From NCBI GenBank assembly GCA_002189035.1, contig CM007992.1, forward strand, positions 3,038,001 to 3,102,000: 64,000 nt of DNA, given 5' to 3'. A model generated the notes under the pieces. That model was not told the origin of the DNA. It saw only the letters and a list, made by a program, of their open reading frames with translations, and made no database searches. This document shows, in pieces, positions 38,001 to 49,035 of the stretch. The position numbers were made by a program, and so were the translations under genes. Source of the stretch: Utricularia gibba (Eukaryota; Plantae; Magnoliophyta). Position 1 is the first letter of the stretch; each line of letters opens with the position of its first letter.

Positions 38001-39215
38001 CAGGCATCCCTTTTCAATTTCCTCTGCCCCTGATGACGATTATTTGGGTATCCACATTCGGCAATTAGGCGACTGGACACAGGAACTTAAGAGGGTGTTT
38101 GCTGAAGCATGCCAACCTCCAACTTGTGGGAAAAGTGGTCTACTTCGAGCCGAGGGAAATGCAGAGAAAAGGCAAGTATACCATTTTTTGAAGACACTCA
38201 TTCAGCAATGCATTGATCCACAAATTTCCTTTCTGTTAATCCAGCTTGCCGAAGCTTCTGATTGATGGCCCCTACGGCGCTCCGGCGCAAGACTACAGCA
38301 AGTATGATGTTCTCCTACTTGTCGGTCTTGGGATTGGCGCAACGCCCTTCATCAGCATCCTGAAGGATTTGCTGAACAACATTATCAAAATGGAAATGCA
38401 GGCGGTAAGCTGAATATCACTTGGGCATCCGTAACTAGAGCCCTTCTAACTTCCATCCAATTAAATGTTTGTGTGCTTCTTCCAGGATTCCATCTCCGAT
38501 CAGAGCACCGGATCCTCCAACTCTTCTTCCAACAAGATTTCTCCTAAACCGAAAAAAACACTAAGAACAACGAATGCTTATTTCTATTGGGTCACAAGGG
38601 AACAAGGTTCGTTCGATTGGTTCAAGGGAGTCATGGACGAAGTTGCTGAACTTGATCAAAGGGTAATAACCCTATGAATGTTAATATTCTACTAACGTCA
38701 ACCCTTTTTAACACCAGTGAACTCTGCACTTTCAGGGGGTTATAGAGATGCATAACTACTTAACCAGTGTTTACGAAGAAGGGGATGCTCGGTCGACACT
38801 GATAACCATGGTCCAGGCACTTAACCATGCAAAAAATGGGGTAGATATTGTATCCGGCACAAGGGTAATTTAATTTCCTATCCATCTAACCTTTTGGACG
38901 TGTGCCTGATTATGACCTCTGTGTTCCAACATTATTTCTGTAACCCTGCAGGTAAGAACGCATTTCGGAAAGCCTAACTGGAAAAAGGTACTCTCCAAAA
39001 TCGGCACCAAACATGCTGAGTCAAGAATAGGTCAGTTCCCCCCTCATATTCATCTACTGCCTTGGGCCTTAAACTTAGAGTAAAAAAGTGGTTTGACTTT
39101 AACAGGAGTTTTCTACTGTGGAGTGCCAATGCTAGCAAAAGAACTTCGCCAACACTGCTATGAGTGTAACCAAAAAGGCTCAACAAAATTCGAGTTTCAC
39201 AAGGAGAATTTCTAA
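35002..39215 (+). CDS. RBOH: Respiratory burst oxidase homolog (RBOHF/RbohA-like NADPH oxidase), 14 exons; exon 4 is 1 nt short
   Basis: [33 protein letters not shown]-hand [16 protein letters not shown], ferric-reductase hemes, FAD motif HPFSISS, NADPH motifs [11 protein letters not shown] and GIGATPF, and end FEFHKENF then TAA at 39213-39215. Confidence 0.95.
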
Positions 39216-39464
39216 GATCACTGAAGCCAAATAACAGGTGGGAAGAAAGTAAATAGTCGTTTTGATCTTGCCATGAAATTATAGATACGCATACGTGCAC
39301 AAGTATGTACATAATACAGTTTAGTGCAGATTATTTAATAAGATTTTTCCAAGGTTATTGCATTCAAGAAGATCAGGCTACTAGCTTGTCCTAGTGTTGA
39401 ACAGGGAGAAAACCACTGACATTACCTGCATTAACCATTGGAATCTACCATGTTAATGGCATTT

Positions 39465-40745
39465 TCAAGCATGGCCTTCCCATTCCAGGTAGAACTCCTC
39501 CAGAAACTCCTCCATGAACTTGTGCCGTCTTTCCGCTCTTTGACGACCAGCCTGTAGACTCATAAGCCATAAGATCGAATATCATGTGATGGACTCATTG
39601 AAGGAGTGCTTTCGGAGATATGGTTACTTGATGCCTGTCATGTCTCTGAAGCTGAAGAAAAATGTTAGTGGAAGTGGGAATGAAAACAAACCTTGGTTTT
39701 CATCAGATCCTTCAGCTTGAGAAGCTTTTCATGGAAATGATTGACACTCGTCTGCTCATTTTTGTCCATGTAGCTCTCTTTGGATAACTGAGAGCGGGGC
39801 TTCACGTTGGGATCATGGAGTGCGTGATTCCTACTTCCTCCAAACGTGAAGCAACGTGCGATTCCTGAAACCAGAGAACACATTTGGGGCATAGGGATCC
39901 AGTCCAGGAGCTCATACAACAACCCTTTGAGGCAACAGGTATAAGCTGAAGAAGTACCTATGGCCCCCATCGCATCAAGGCGATCAGCATCTTGAACAAC
40001 CCCGAATTCGGGATACTGACTGCTGGCTGTGCACCCTGAAACCTCCTCCTTGAAACCTGATCCAAAAGTGATCGATCATCAGGCAGTAACCGATAGAAAG
40101 CATGAAGGCAAGACAGATGGAGGTTAATACCCACCCATTCCCCGTATGATGCCCAATATCCTGTTCTTAGCATCCTCACCCATTCCTTCCTGGACAAGGA
40201 AGTCCTCTACAACCTTTGATTCCGACGGAGCTCTAGAAAACATCGAATCGGAAACGGAAAACCTTACTGAGGCAGAAACAAACCAAATCATCATACAAGA
40301 TTCCGCAACTAGCCTACCTCACGTACTTGTAATCCTCTGCAGTTAGCCATAAGCCGGAGCACATCAGGTTATACGCAGAGAAGATAAATAAAATCTTAAA
40401 GCTCTAAGGCCGCAGTACAACCCTAGAAATTGAATGAGCAGTGTGGAGGCAGGCGTACCTACATCATGTAGCAGTGCAGCTAACTCAACCTGAAGATCAG
40501 GAAAAGGCAATCGAATTACAACAGAGACAGCATTCTGCTTCTCACACAAGAAGTCGAAAATGTAGAAAAAAATCGCGTACAACGAGCATAGCTTCTGGAA
40601 AATCTGCGAAACCTTCCGCTTGAGCGAGAGATAGCGCCAGATCCCGAACTCTGAATGCGTGGGCGGCGTCGTGAGAGGCGTCGTTGGATTTCATGGTCGA
40701 CTCCACAAGTTTCTCCGCTTTCAGGATCACCTCCGCCTTTCCCAT
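39465..40745 (-). CDS. HD-domain metal-dependent phosphohydrolase (YpgQ-like), 7 exons
   Basis: [65 protein letters not shown]|[17 protein letters not shown]. Introns traced GT-AG. Confidence 0.92.
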
Positions 40746-40992
40746 TTGCTTCCATCGCCGGTAACTGCTACTGGAAGTGCGTCTTATGCATTTCATAATT
40801 TGTTTTATTATTTTTCATTAATTATGGAAATAAAATAATATTAAGCCAATTAAAATGAAGGGAAAATATTCACATTTTTTAATAATGAAAAAACAAAAAA
40901 CCTAGCGAAATTCGGCGAAAGCCTGGTTATTGTGCGTGAGAAGGGGGAAGCTGCCGCCGACTTCCGCTTGAGATTTTAAAACCGGCACCGGC

Positions 40993-42751
40993 TCAAAAAC
41001 TCCGGCCGATCTGCACCGGCACCAATTTGAACCACTGAGTCTGAGGATTCTCAGAGCACGTCTCAAGATCAGCAAGACTGTCATCCAAGCATCGGCATTT
41101 ATTTACCACCACGCCAGAGTGAAACCCGCTTCCCTCTAGGCACAAATTACTGCCGTCGACGGCGAAGTGAAGGTTGGAGACCGACGCCTGTACCCATTTC
41201 GTCTTGCAATCATTGACTACACTCACCGCGCCGTTTTCCGTCGCCGACAAACATAGCCCAGTATTCGCCAGAGTAATTTCACCGCCATTGTGCCGCCAGA
41301 TACTCCCCTGTCTACAGTCGCCGAGAAAGACTCCGATTCTTCCCACAGTCGCACACAACCCTGATAGCGGGTGGAAGATCCTGTAATTCTTCGGCCCCGT
41401 CATCCCCGGCCCTGCAGATTAAAATTAATCCCCGTTTAGGTAACGACTACATGAACCCAAAACTGGGTTCCTCTAAAGATCGTACCTTGATTAGTTTGTC
41501 GCATCAGTTGAAGTCTAGCTAGAAAAGAGGGGTTTCTGGGTTTATCCCAGTTGAAATCCATGACTCCGTAGGATTCCTCACTGTTAGTCCTATTCTGCCG
41601 GAAAATGTAGCTCCCCTGAAAAGTCCACAACGCCCAGTCCACATCGAACTCCGCCGCTGTGGCCAGGAGACAGCTGATATACCTGTTATCGCTTTCCCTG
41701 TCGCCACGTTGATCGATGCCGAATTCGCTGAGGAAAACAGGGAAGGGGCTGCTGCCGCCGGTGAGGAACAAGAAGTTGTCACTGGCATTGCGCGACGTAT
41801 TGGCGCAGAGGGAGTTTGTCTGGTTAGTCCATTTCTCCAGTGGATAGCCAAATGAATACCAATGCCCTTCAAAGACTAATTTGTTGTCCAAGTTACCGAC
41901 ATCCAGTGGACTGAAGCGGAGGAAATTGAGGTTGGTATCGAACGCCAGGCCGGAGACGATGACCAGAAACTCGGGGCTTTCGCGGTGGACGACGTTGGCA
42001 CCCTCCGCCATGTACGTGTACCAGTCCGCTGGGTTCTGCCTAGGGCCTCGCAACTCGTTTCTCAGGCTCATTCCGATGACCTGGAACGAAATAATGTATT
42101 AGGCGTAGGACGCGTATGTCTGATACGAGTGAAAGATGTCGTCTTTGCATCACTAACCGCCGGGTGGTTGTGGTAACTACGCGCCACCGTGGAGAGCCCT
42201 TTAATCCATTCATCGGGGTCAAAATTCGCATCGCCAAAGAAGCCATTGCCGTCGTCGTTACTGCAGCACCACGTGGGGTAGCTAACGTGGTTATCAATCA
42301 CCACCATTACTCCCCCGCGGCCGAGCTCATCCACCACCGCCTTATGCGCCTCCACCACCGTCATCTTCAAAAACTGGGGATTATTTCTCTCGAACCCCGC
42401 CTTCGCCTCCCCCAGCGAGAACCTATCGAGGCTGTCGGCGACACTGAGGTTACCATACTCGGGCCGTGTGAACATAAACGTCGGCCACGTGAACCGCACG
42501 CAGTTAAACCCCGTTGAGCGAATCATCCTCACAATATACGAGACCGGTTTCTTCTCCAGTCCCTCCGCCACCATTGGCTCATTGTGGGTGACCCAGTTTG
42601 TGCACGTGAGCTTGACGCGCCGCCCATGTTGGTTGACGATCCACCGGGAATCGGTGGACAGCCGGATCGAGAGGCAGAGCTGCGGAAGAAGAACAAGTAC
42701 CCAGAAAATCGCTGAAACAATCCTCGAAGAAGGCATTGCGGCGTTGTTCAT
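40993..42751 (-). CDS. Glycoside hydrolase family 5 protein with C-terminal ricin-B-like domain, secreted, 3 exons (42751-42158, 42080-41486, 41411-40993)
   Basis: Signal peptide, LSTDSRWIV..GRRVKLTCTNW, DNHVSYPTWCCS, acid/base SLRNELR, nucleophile FLSEFG, and a C-terminal FHPLSGLC..GLCL..QWFKLV domain. Confidence 0.93.
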
Positions 42752-44678
42752 TGAAAAAGGTCCCCTATTCTGGAGCTTATATAACACCCTCTTATCCCTT
42801 AATCGCCGGAGTTTAGTTGCAGGAGATGATCCCTTTTGGAGCTCAATCTCGTAATTTTTTTTTCGTTAAATACTTAATACATATATATATTATATTTTTG
42901 ATTTTATAAGATATATAATAATTAAATAGTTAAGATACATATATTTTTAAATAAGTAATAATTATTCACTTATGAAATATTTTGGATATGTATATTTTAA
43001 ATGATATAAAATAGAATCAAATTTAATATTATATAAATGGAATCAATTTAATATTATAAAATTATATCATATGATAATATAAAATTATATTATAAAATTT
43101 AATAAAAATATATTATAAAGTTTAATATATTAAATATTATTATGTAAATATATTTTTAAAATAGATAAAAAATGAATATTATAATTTTTCTAATTAACTC
43201 TTATTAAATTTATGAAATATAAATTTAAAAAATTCAATATTTCTAAAGTTAATCACATAATATTAATTTCTAATTCTATTATAAAACTACTAAAAATTAA
43301 AATCCTCAAAAATTAAATAGAATCACTTAAAGAAATTAGTAAAATAGAACATTCTATTTTATTTGCCTATAAATTAATAAATAAGAATATCCTAAAAAAG
43401 TGTAATAATATTTAAATGAATAAATAGAAATATAATTCATTATAAATAAAAAAAATAATGAGTTCAATTTCATGGAAAGTGGAATTGGATGCGTCATCAA
43501 TGTCATCATAAATGAAGCAATAAAATGACATGCTACCATCCATTATTATTATTATTATTATTTAAAATCTGCATGATAAAAAAATAATAATAATGTTGAA
43601 TTATTGATGCGAGAGGAAGGCAAAATCTTGGAGCTAAAAATTCCGGTGGCCCGGCGACGAAATCGTGAAGATTGGTGGCATTCGATGGAGTTTGGGGGTG
43701 ACAAGTGTCGCCGTGCTGTGGACGCAGCAACCGCCACGTTGTGGTGGATGTCGGCGAGGGGTGATTCAGACGAGGGTGTGCTCGTGTGTTCCCGCTCTCG
43801 GCCGACCGGCCGGAGAACATTTATTCCGATGCTGCTGCAGTTGGGCGTTAGCTATAGCTGTCAAATAAGAGGACAGATCGCCGTGCAGATTCATGGGTCA
43901 CGAGTCGCAAAACGGGTGTGGACAAAATATACGGGACACCGATCAGTTGGAAGGTAGCTGCCCCTTTGTCCTCCATTTCACACAGATTCGCAGTTTCTGT
44001 CCAAGTGATTATTTGTTGTACAGATGTATTAAAAAAGTGATCACTGCGAAAGTAGATATCATATATGTAAAATTTTAAAATTTTTATCTTTTACATTCTA
44101 CACTCAATGTTCTTGTTGAATATTCATTATTACTACCATTGATATAAAATTAAGTTTGAATCTGATATCAAATGTAATGATTTATTCTTATTTTATACAA
44201 TATAGTTCGTTTCTAACATCTAAACTTCATGGTTTTATGTTTTTTATTTTCAAAAAAAAAATCTCACATAAAATTAAGAAAATCTTTTTATTTAAATACG
44301 TTTACTTCTACATCCTCAATCAATGTGAAATGATATCGTTACTAGGCAAATTACATTACATTGCTGTGATTTATTATATTTTTCATGTTTTCTTTTGTAT
44401 AATAGAAAAAAAAAGCAAGATACATTTATTTTTTATACATAAAAGTCATAATAGTGCCAAAACAATCGGCAGGCATCTTGTACAAGAAGGGTAACATGGG
44501 AGGGATGGATGGATATGCACAAGAAGGGGGAGGAGAGGCAAAAGGGCATCTTGTAAAACCCAACTCACCTTCAACAGGCACACAGAATGTATATAGCTTG
44601 CGCACACTCTTTGTTCAGGGGACTGAGTAACACAGCAGGAGAGGAAAGAATATGCAGCAGCGGAACAGAACCACCTCC

Positions 44679-46547
44679 TTAAATCCAGGTTAATGAAGTT
44701 CCGGCCACATCTGCATCTGAGGAAGCTGCTGCAATCAGATTGCCTCCGTGAACCCTCCCTTCTGGGAACTTTTCCGGTGGGTTTGCAGCATGGGAACCAA
44801 GGTGAGTTTCTATGTATGGAAAGTGTGATTTTGCTCCGGCAGGGTGAATGGCTTTCAAGCCATGGACTGCAGTTTCAAGAATTTCAAGACCGTGAACCCT
44901 TTTATCCTGAACCAGGGTAGCATGGCTGGAGCAGAGGGCGTTTTTACCCTTGGCGTATGTAGCACATGGCTCGTCGCCGGTGCCGTAGAATGAACCGGAG
45001 TGACCCCAGGAGCACCTCTTTCCTCCACCATGTGCCTTGCAGAAATCAGTGCTTCCCTGAGCGCTTTTGCCACACCCTTGGTGTTGGCATCTCTTGCCCC
45101 CACCATGACGAACACAAAAGTCTGTTCGTCCCCTGGCACTCTTCGTGCACTCAGGAATTGCGCACCTTTTGCCACCACCATGTGCTACACAGAAAAGGGT
45201 GCCTCCATGCACACTCTTTGGGCAAACTCCACCTCCATGAAATGAGCAACGTTTCCCGCCCCCATGGCCTTTGCAGAAGGAGGTGCTTCCTTCGGCACCC
45301 TTTTGGCATCCGGGATATGTGCAGCGTTTGCCACCACCATGAGCCTTGCAGAACTTCGTGCTTCCCTGAGCACCCTTTTTGCAGTCAGGGAATTCGCATC
45401 TGCGACCACCTCCATGTGAGATGCAAAGACCAGAAAGGCCTTCGGCACTCTTTGTGCAGTTTTCTCTCTGGCATCTCTTGCCACCACCGTGACGAATGCA
45501 CTTTCCAGATTTCCCTCTGGAGGCTCGAGTACAACCCTCATGGCTACAGCGTCTACCACCGCCATGTGCGATACAGAAATCTGTGCGCCCCTCAGCACTT
45601 TTTGTGCATCCTAAGTAATCACATCGTCGTCCGCCACCATGAGCCTTGCAAAAAGCAGTACGACCCTCAGCTCCTTTGTGGCAATCAGTCCGCTGGCACC
45701 TACGACCACCACCATGCGCAATACAGAAACCAGAGGCCCCTCTTGCTCCCTTAACACACCCAATAGATTGACATTGTTTGGTGACATTCACACGTTGTTG
45801 CCTTGACTGTGTTACCACAGAAGTACAGGTGACAGAGGTTTTATGTGCTGTTGTTATGCTGGAGGAGAAACTTGGAGATGCTGCTGTGATCTCCCCTGAT
45901 GGCTGGTTCACAAAGTTGGCATTGCTAATGAGCATTGCAGCTTGCGATTGGCCAAAATGTTTTCCTCTCTTTCCTTCATCTGCATCCAAGTCCGAGTCTG
46001 TAATCATCTTGGCCACCTTATCTGACACACTATGGCTAGAATGGAAGGTTGCAACTTCAGATACAACAGGCCCACTAAAAAGACTCAACTGCAAATCAAC
46101 CATAGGCCGTTCACCGGATGATCCTAAAGTATAGCTCGAAGCTTTCTCCGAGTCCGGTGATTTATCTCCCCCAAGGTGGAGACTGAAGTCCAGCTCCAAA
46201 TCCATGGAAGAAGCATCTGCCTCCTTGACAGAAGACACCGAGGTGCACCCAGTAGTTGTACTCCCCTTAGTATCGGATGAACTAGATGAATATCCAAGGC
46301 CGAGGTCTAGTAAGGATCCCGCATGACGAATCCTTGGCTCATCCATAGAGCTCCATTTCCGCTTCACACCAATCAGACTGGTTGCAGGAGGAGCAGCAAA
46401 GCCCAGAGAATTAAGTTGTAAGGTCGTATCATGGCTATTGACGACATCAGCTCCAGTTTCTCGAATTAAACCAGAATTTCCAGAATTGGTGAATGCATGA
46501 GATATTCGGTTAGCATCGAGACAAAGATTGTGGAAGCTGGCATCCAT
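44679..46547 (-). CDS. Cys/His/Gly repeat protein (family related to the repeat region of AtWRKY19; no WRKY domain), intronless CDS, 622 aa
   Basis: Ten ~25-aa repeats C-x4-C-x10-C-x2-H-GGG-[KR]R plus one degenerate copy. N-terminal LxLxL motifs and C-terminal RVHG motifs. Confidence 0.9.
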   Translation of the reverse strand: MDASFHNLCLDANRISHAFTNSGNSGLIRETGADVVNSHDTTLQLNSLGFAAPPATSLIGVKRKWSSMDEPRIRHAGSLLDLGLGYSSSSSDTKGSTTTGCTSVSSVKEADASSMDLELDFSLHLGGDKSPDSEKASSYTLGSSGERPMVDLQLSLFSGPVVSEVATFHSSHSVSDKVAKMITDSDLDADEGKRGKHFGQSQAAMLISNANFVNQPSGEITAASPSFSSSITTAHKTSVTCTSVVTQSRQQRVNVTKQCQSIGCVKGARGASGFCIAHGGGRRCQRTDCHKGAEGRTAFCKAHGGGRRCDYLGCTKSAEGRTDFCIAHGGGRRCSHEGCTRASRGKSGKCIRHGGGKRCQRENCTKSAEGLSGLCISHGGGRRCEFPDCKKGAQGSTKFCKAHGGGKRCTYPGCQKGAEGSTSFCKGHGGGKRCSFHGGGVCPKSVHGGTLFCVAHGGGKRCAIPECTKSARGRTDFCVRHGGGKRCQHQGCGKSAQGSTDFCKAHGGGKRCSWGHSGSFYGTGDEPCATYAKGKNALCSSHATLVQDKRVHGLEILETAVHGLKAIHPAGAKSHFPYIETHLGSHAANPPEKFPEGRVHGGNLIAAASSDADVAGTSLTWI

Positions 46548-48878
46548 TTGCGAACAGCGACAGCACTGAACTGTTAATAAAAATCAGTTTTCCAGACTCC
46601 TGGGGTTGAAGAAGTATCAGAGATGCAAATTAAATCCTCCAAAATCTTGCAGTCCTCCCCCGCTTACAAACCCTGATGTATCACGCCGATCCATGAGGGT
46701 AAAAATCCTTGGATACCAGCACTAGCTCAAATCAAGATTTCCCATCATACAACGATCAATCTTTGTGAGAAAATTTTGATCTTTAAATGAACTAGACGAG
46801 TGCACTTACAAACAAATATTCCTGCATGAAAGTCCACACCAAAAACACATGATCAACACAGAAATGGATTAAAGAAAACACAGCCACCTTCAATCCAGAC
46901 ATTGGATCACACATTTCACGCTAACCAGTAAGAGAAAAATTGATCAATACCCTTGATCAAGGGAGGTGTTTTTACTGCAATATCACCATGGATTTTCTCA
47001 AAATTAGTCACTTTTCCACTACTTTTCTCACGATTTCAGAAAACCCATGAATCATATCTTTCGCCAACATCTGCAAACAAGAGAAAGAAACAAAAAATGG
47101 AAAAACGTCATAAACAAGGGTGTCCACAAGTACGATTGTCCTGAAATCAATTAAAAGGGTACAAAGACTGGTACAACTAGGCACAAGAGTGACAAAACTC
47201 AAATTTATTGCTAAACTGATCAACTTCTTCCGCCGCGATCCTTCATCCATGAAACAAAATTGACAGACATATTCTCACCCGTTCGAAATAGCCGTCGAGC
47301 CATATCTCCACCAACAGAACAGTAAGTATTAAAGCAAAAATCTAGCTCCGCACATAGGTTTTCGATGGCCGCATAGGGCCGAGAGTCCTGGCGATGGAGT
47401 TGGGAGAAAATAGACAGAGGTACCGCTGTGTGCGCCGCCAGTCGGAACGCTATGTCGGTTGACTTATATTATAATTATTTATTTAATTTATGAAAAACAA
47501 TATTCAAGGTTGCGTATTCCACTTGACCTTTTTACTTGAACATAAAGAGAATATTTACAATTTTTTAAAATTTTTTTAATAATGTTTTAATTTTTTCGAT
47601 ATCAATATATATTAAAATAAATGATTTCAAAATTATGAATATGTTTTCTACAAAATATTATTTGATGAAAGATTATTTTATCATGTATTTGATATTGATT
47701 TTAATGAAGATTTAAATGAAAAAATTATATTGATATCTTATAAACCATAATATATAACATATCATTTCGAAACCTGTTTCGAGCGGGTTGCATCAAGATC
47801 AAGATTTTTTTTATTATTATCATTATTCGTTATAATTACTAGTTATTTTTATAAGTTATGTTTTTAATTTCATTGTTCGCAAAGCTGCAGGACACACACT
47901 AAATGCCCTCCCATTGCCATAATTTCATCCATTTTAGGAGTAATGGCTATAAATAATTACACTATTTTTACCACAGGTGGATCAACTTTAATTCCATTGG
48001 TTTTAAACATTTTGAAATGGTGAGAAATAATATTTAATATTATAAATTAGTTATCTATATAATTTTATTACTTATTCCATAATTAATAATGAAACATAAA
48101 ATAGATGGATTATAAAGATAGTACTATTAAAGAGATCTATCAATTATAAATTACTTCATATGTTTATGATTAATATTTTTCAAAAATTATTGTAAATATT
48201 GATGGTATAATAAACATTATTTTTAAAATTTTAAAATATGAAAATTATAATTACATATAATATTGTATACTTTTTATTATTTAAAAGAATTATATAAAGA
48301 TGGATATTTTGGTAATACTCTTTTATAACTATAAAATTATTTATTAAATATATTATAAAAGCAGATTTATATTTTATTAAACCACGTCTTTTTGTATAAA
48401 TTAATTTGATCTATATTGAAAAAATTAAATGAATTTGTGGGCCACATTTATGTTAATAGATAATGAGGAATTATTTAAATAAATGATTTTTAAAACATTA
48501 ATTCGAATATAAATTTTATTCTACAATTTAATAAAAAATAATTTTATATCTCAAAAATAATTTCCATCATATCTCTTCTTTATTCTTTTTTTTAATTCAA
48601 TTTTTCTGAAATACCCATATTCTGTTTCTGCTTAAATTTTTTAAAAAATTTTACATAACATTCCCATGGAACATCGCTGGTAATCAAATATTGGTAAATA
48701 TATTTATTAAAAAAATAAGAGAAAATATTGAACAATGCTGGAGGCCTAATTTTGTGATTATCGGGAATATTAGGGTTAAGTTGGTAATTTGAATATAATG
48801 CAGACGTGGAGCTTAAATAAATTATTTTAATATTATTGTGGAGTTATTTATTCGAAAAGCAAAACCTTTGGAAATGCA

Positions 48879-48991
48879 AACGGTCGTTTCTGAGTTTCAA
48901 ATTTCAAACTCTTTTTGACCGTTGGACTCTCCGTACCGCCCCATCCATTATATGAGGAGGAGGTCTAACTGCTTGAGTCCCATTTACCGTT
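48879..48991. promoter_or_regulatory. MSA (mitosis-specific activator) elements upstream of the 3xHMG-box gene
   Basis: AACGG at 48879-48883; GACCGTTGGA at 48917-48926 (reverse complement TCCAACGGTC, full YCYAACGGYY match); CCGTT at 48987-48991. Confidence 0.7.
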
Positions 48992-49035
48992 TCTGATTTG
49001 CGTGTCTTTTGGTCTCTTCTTGCGTCATCTGAGAA

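Noticed and set aside
44693-46134. Long antisense and alternate-frame ORFs over the Cys/His repeat gene (e.g. 44966-45754 +), and similar ones over GATA, GH5, ERF and COPT
   Set aside because: Expected shadows of GC-rich or repetitive coding sequence; no independent motifs.
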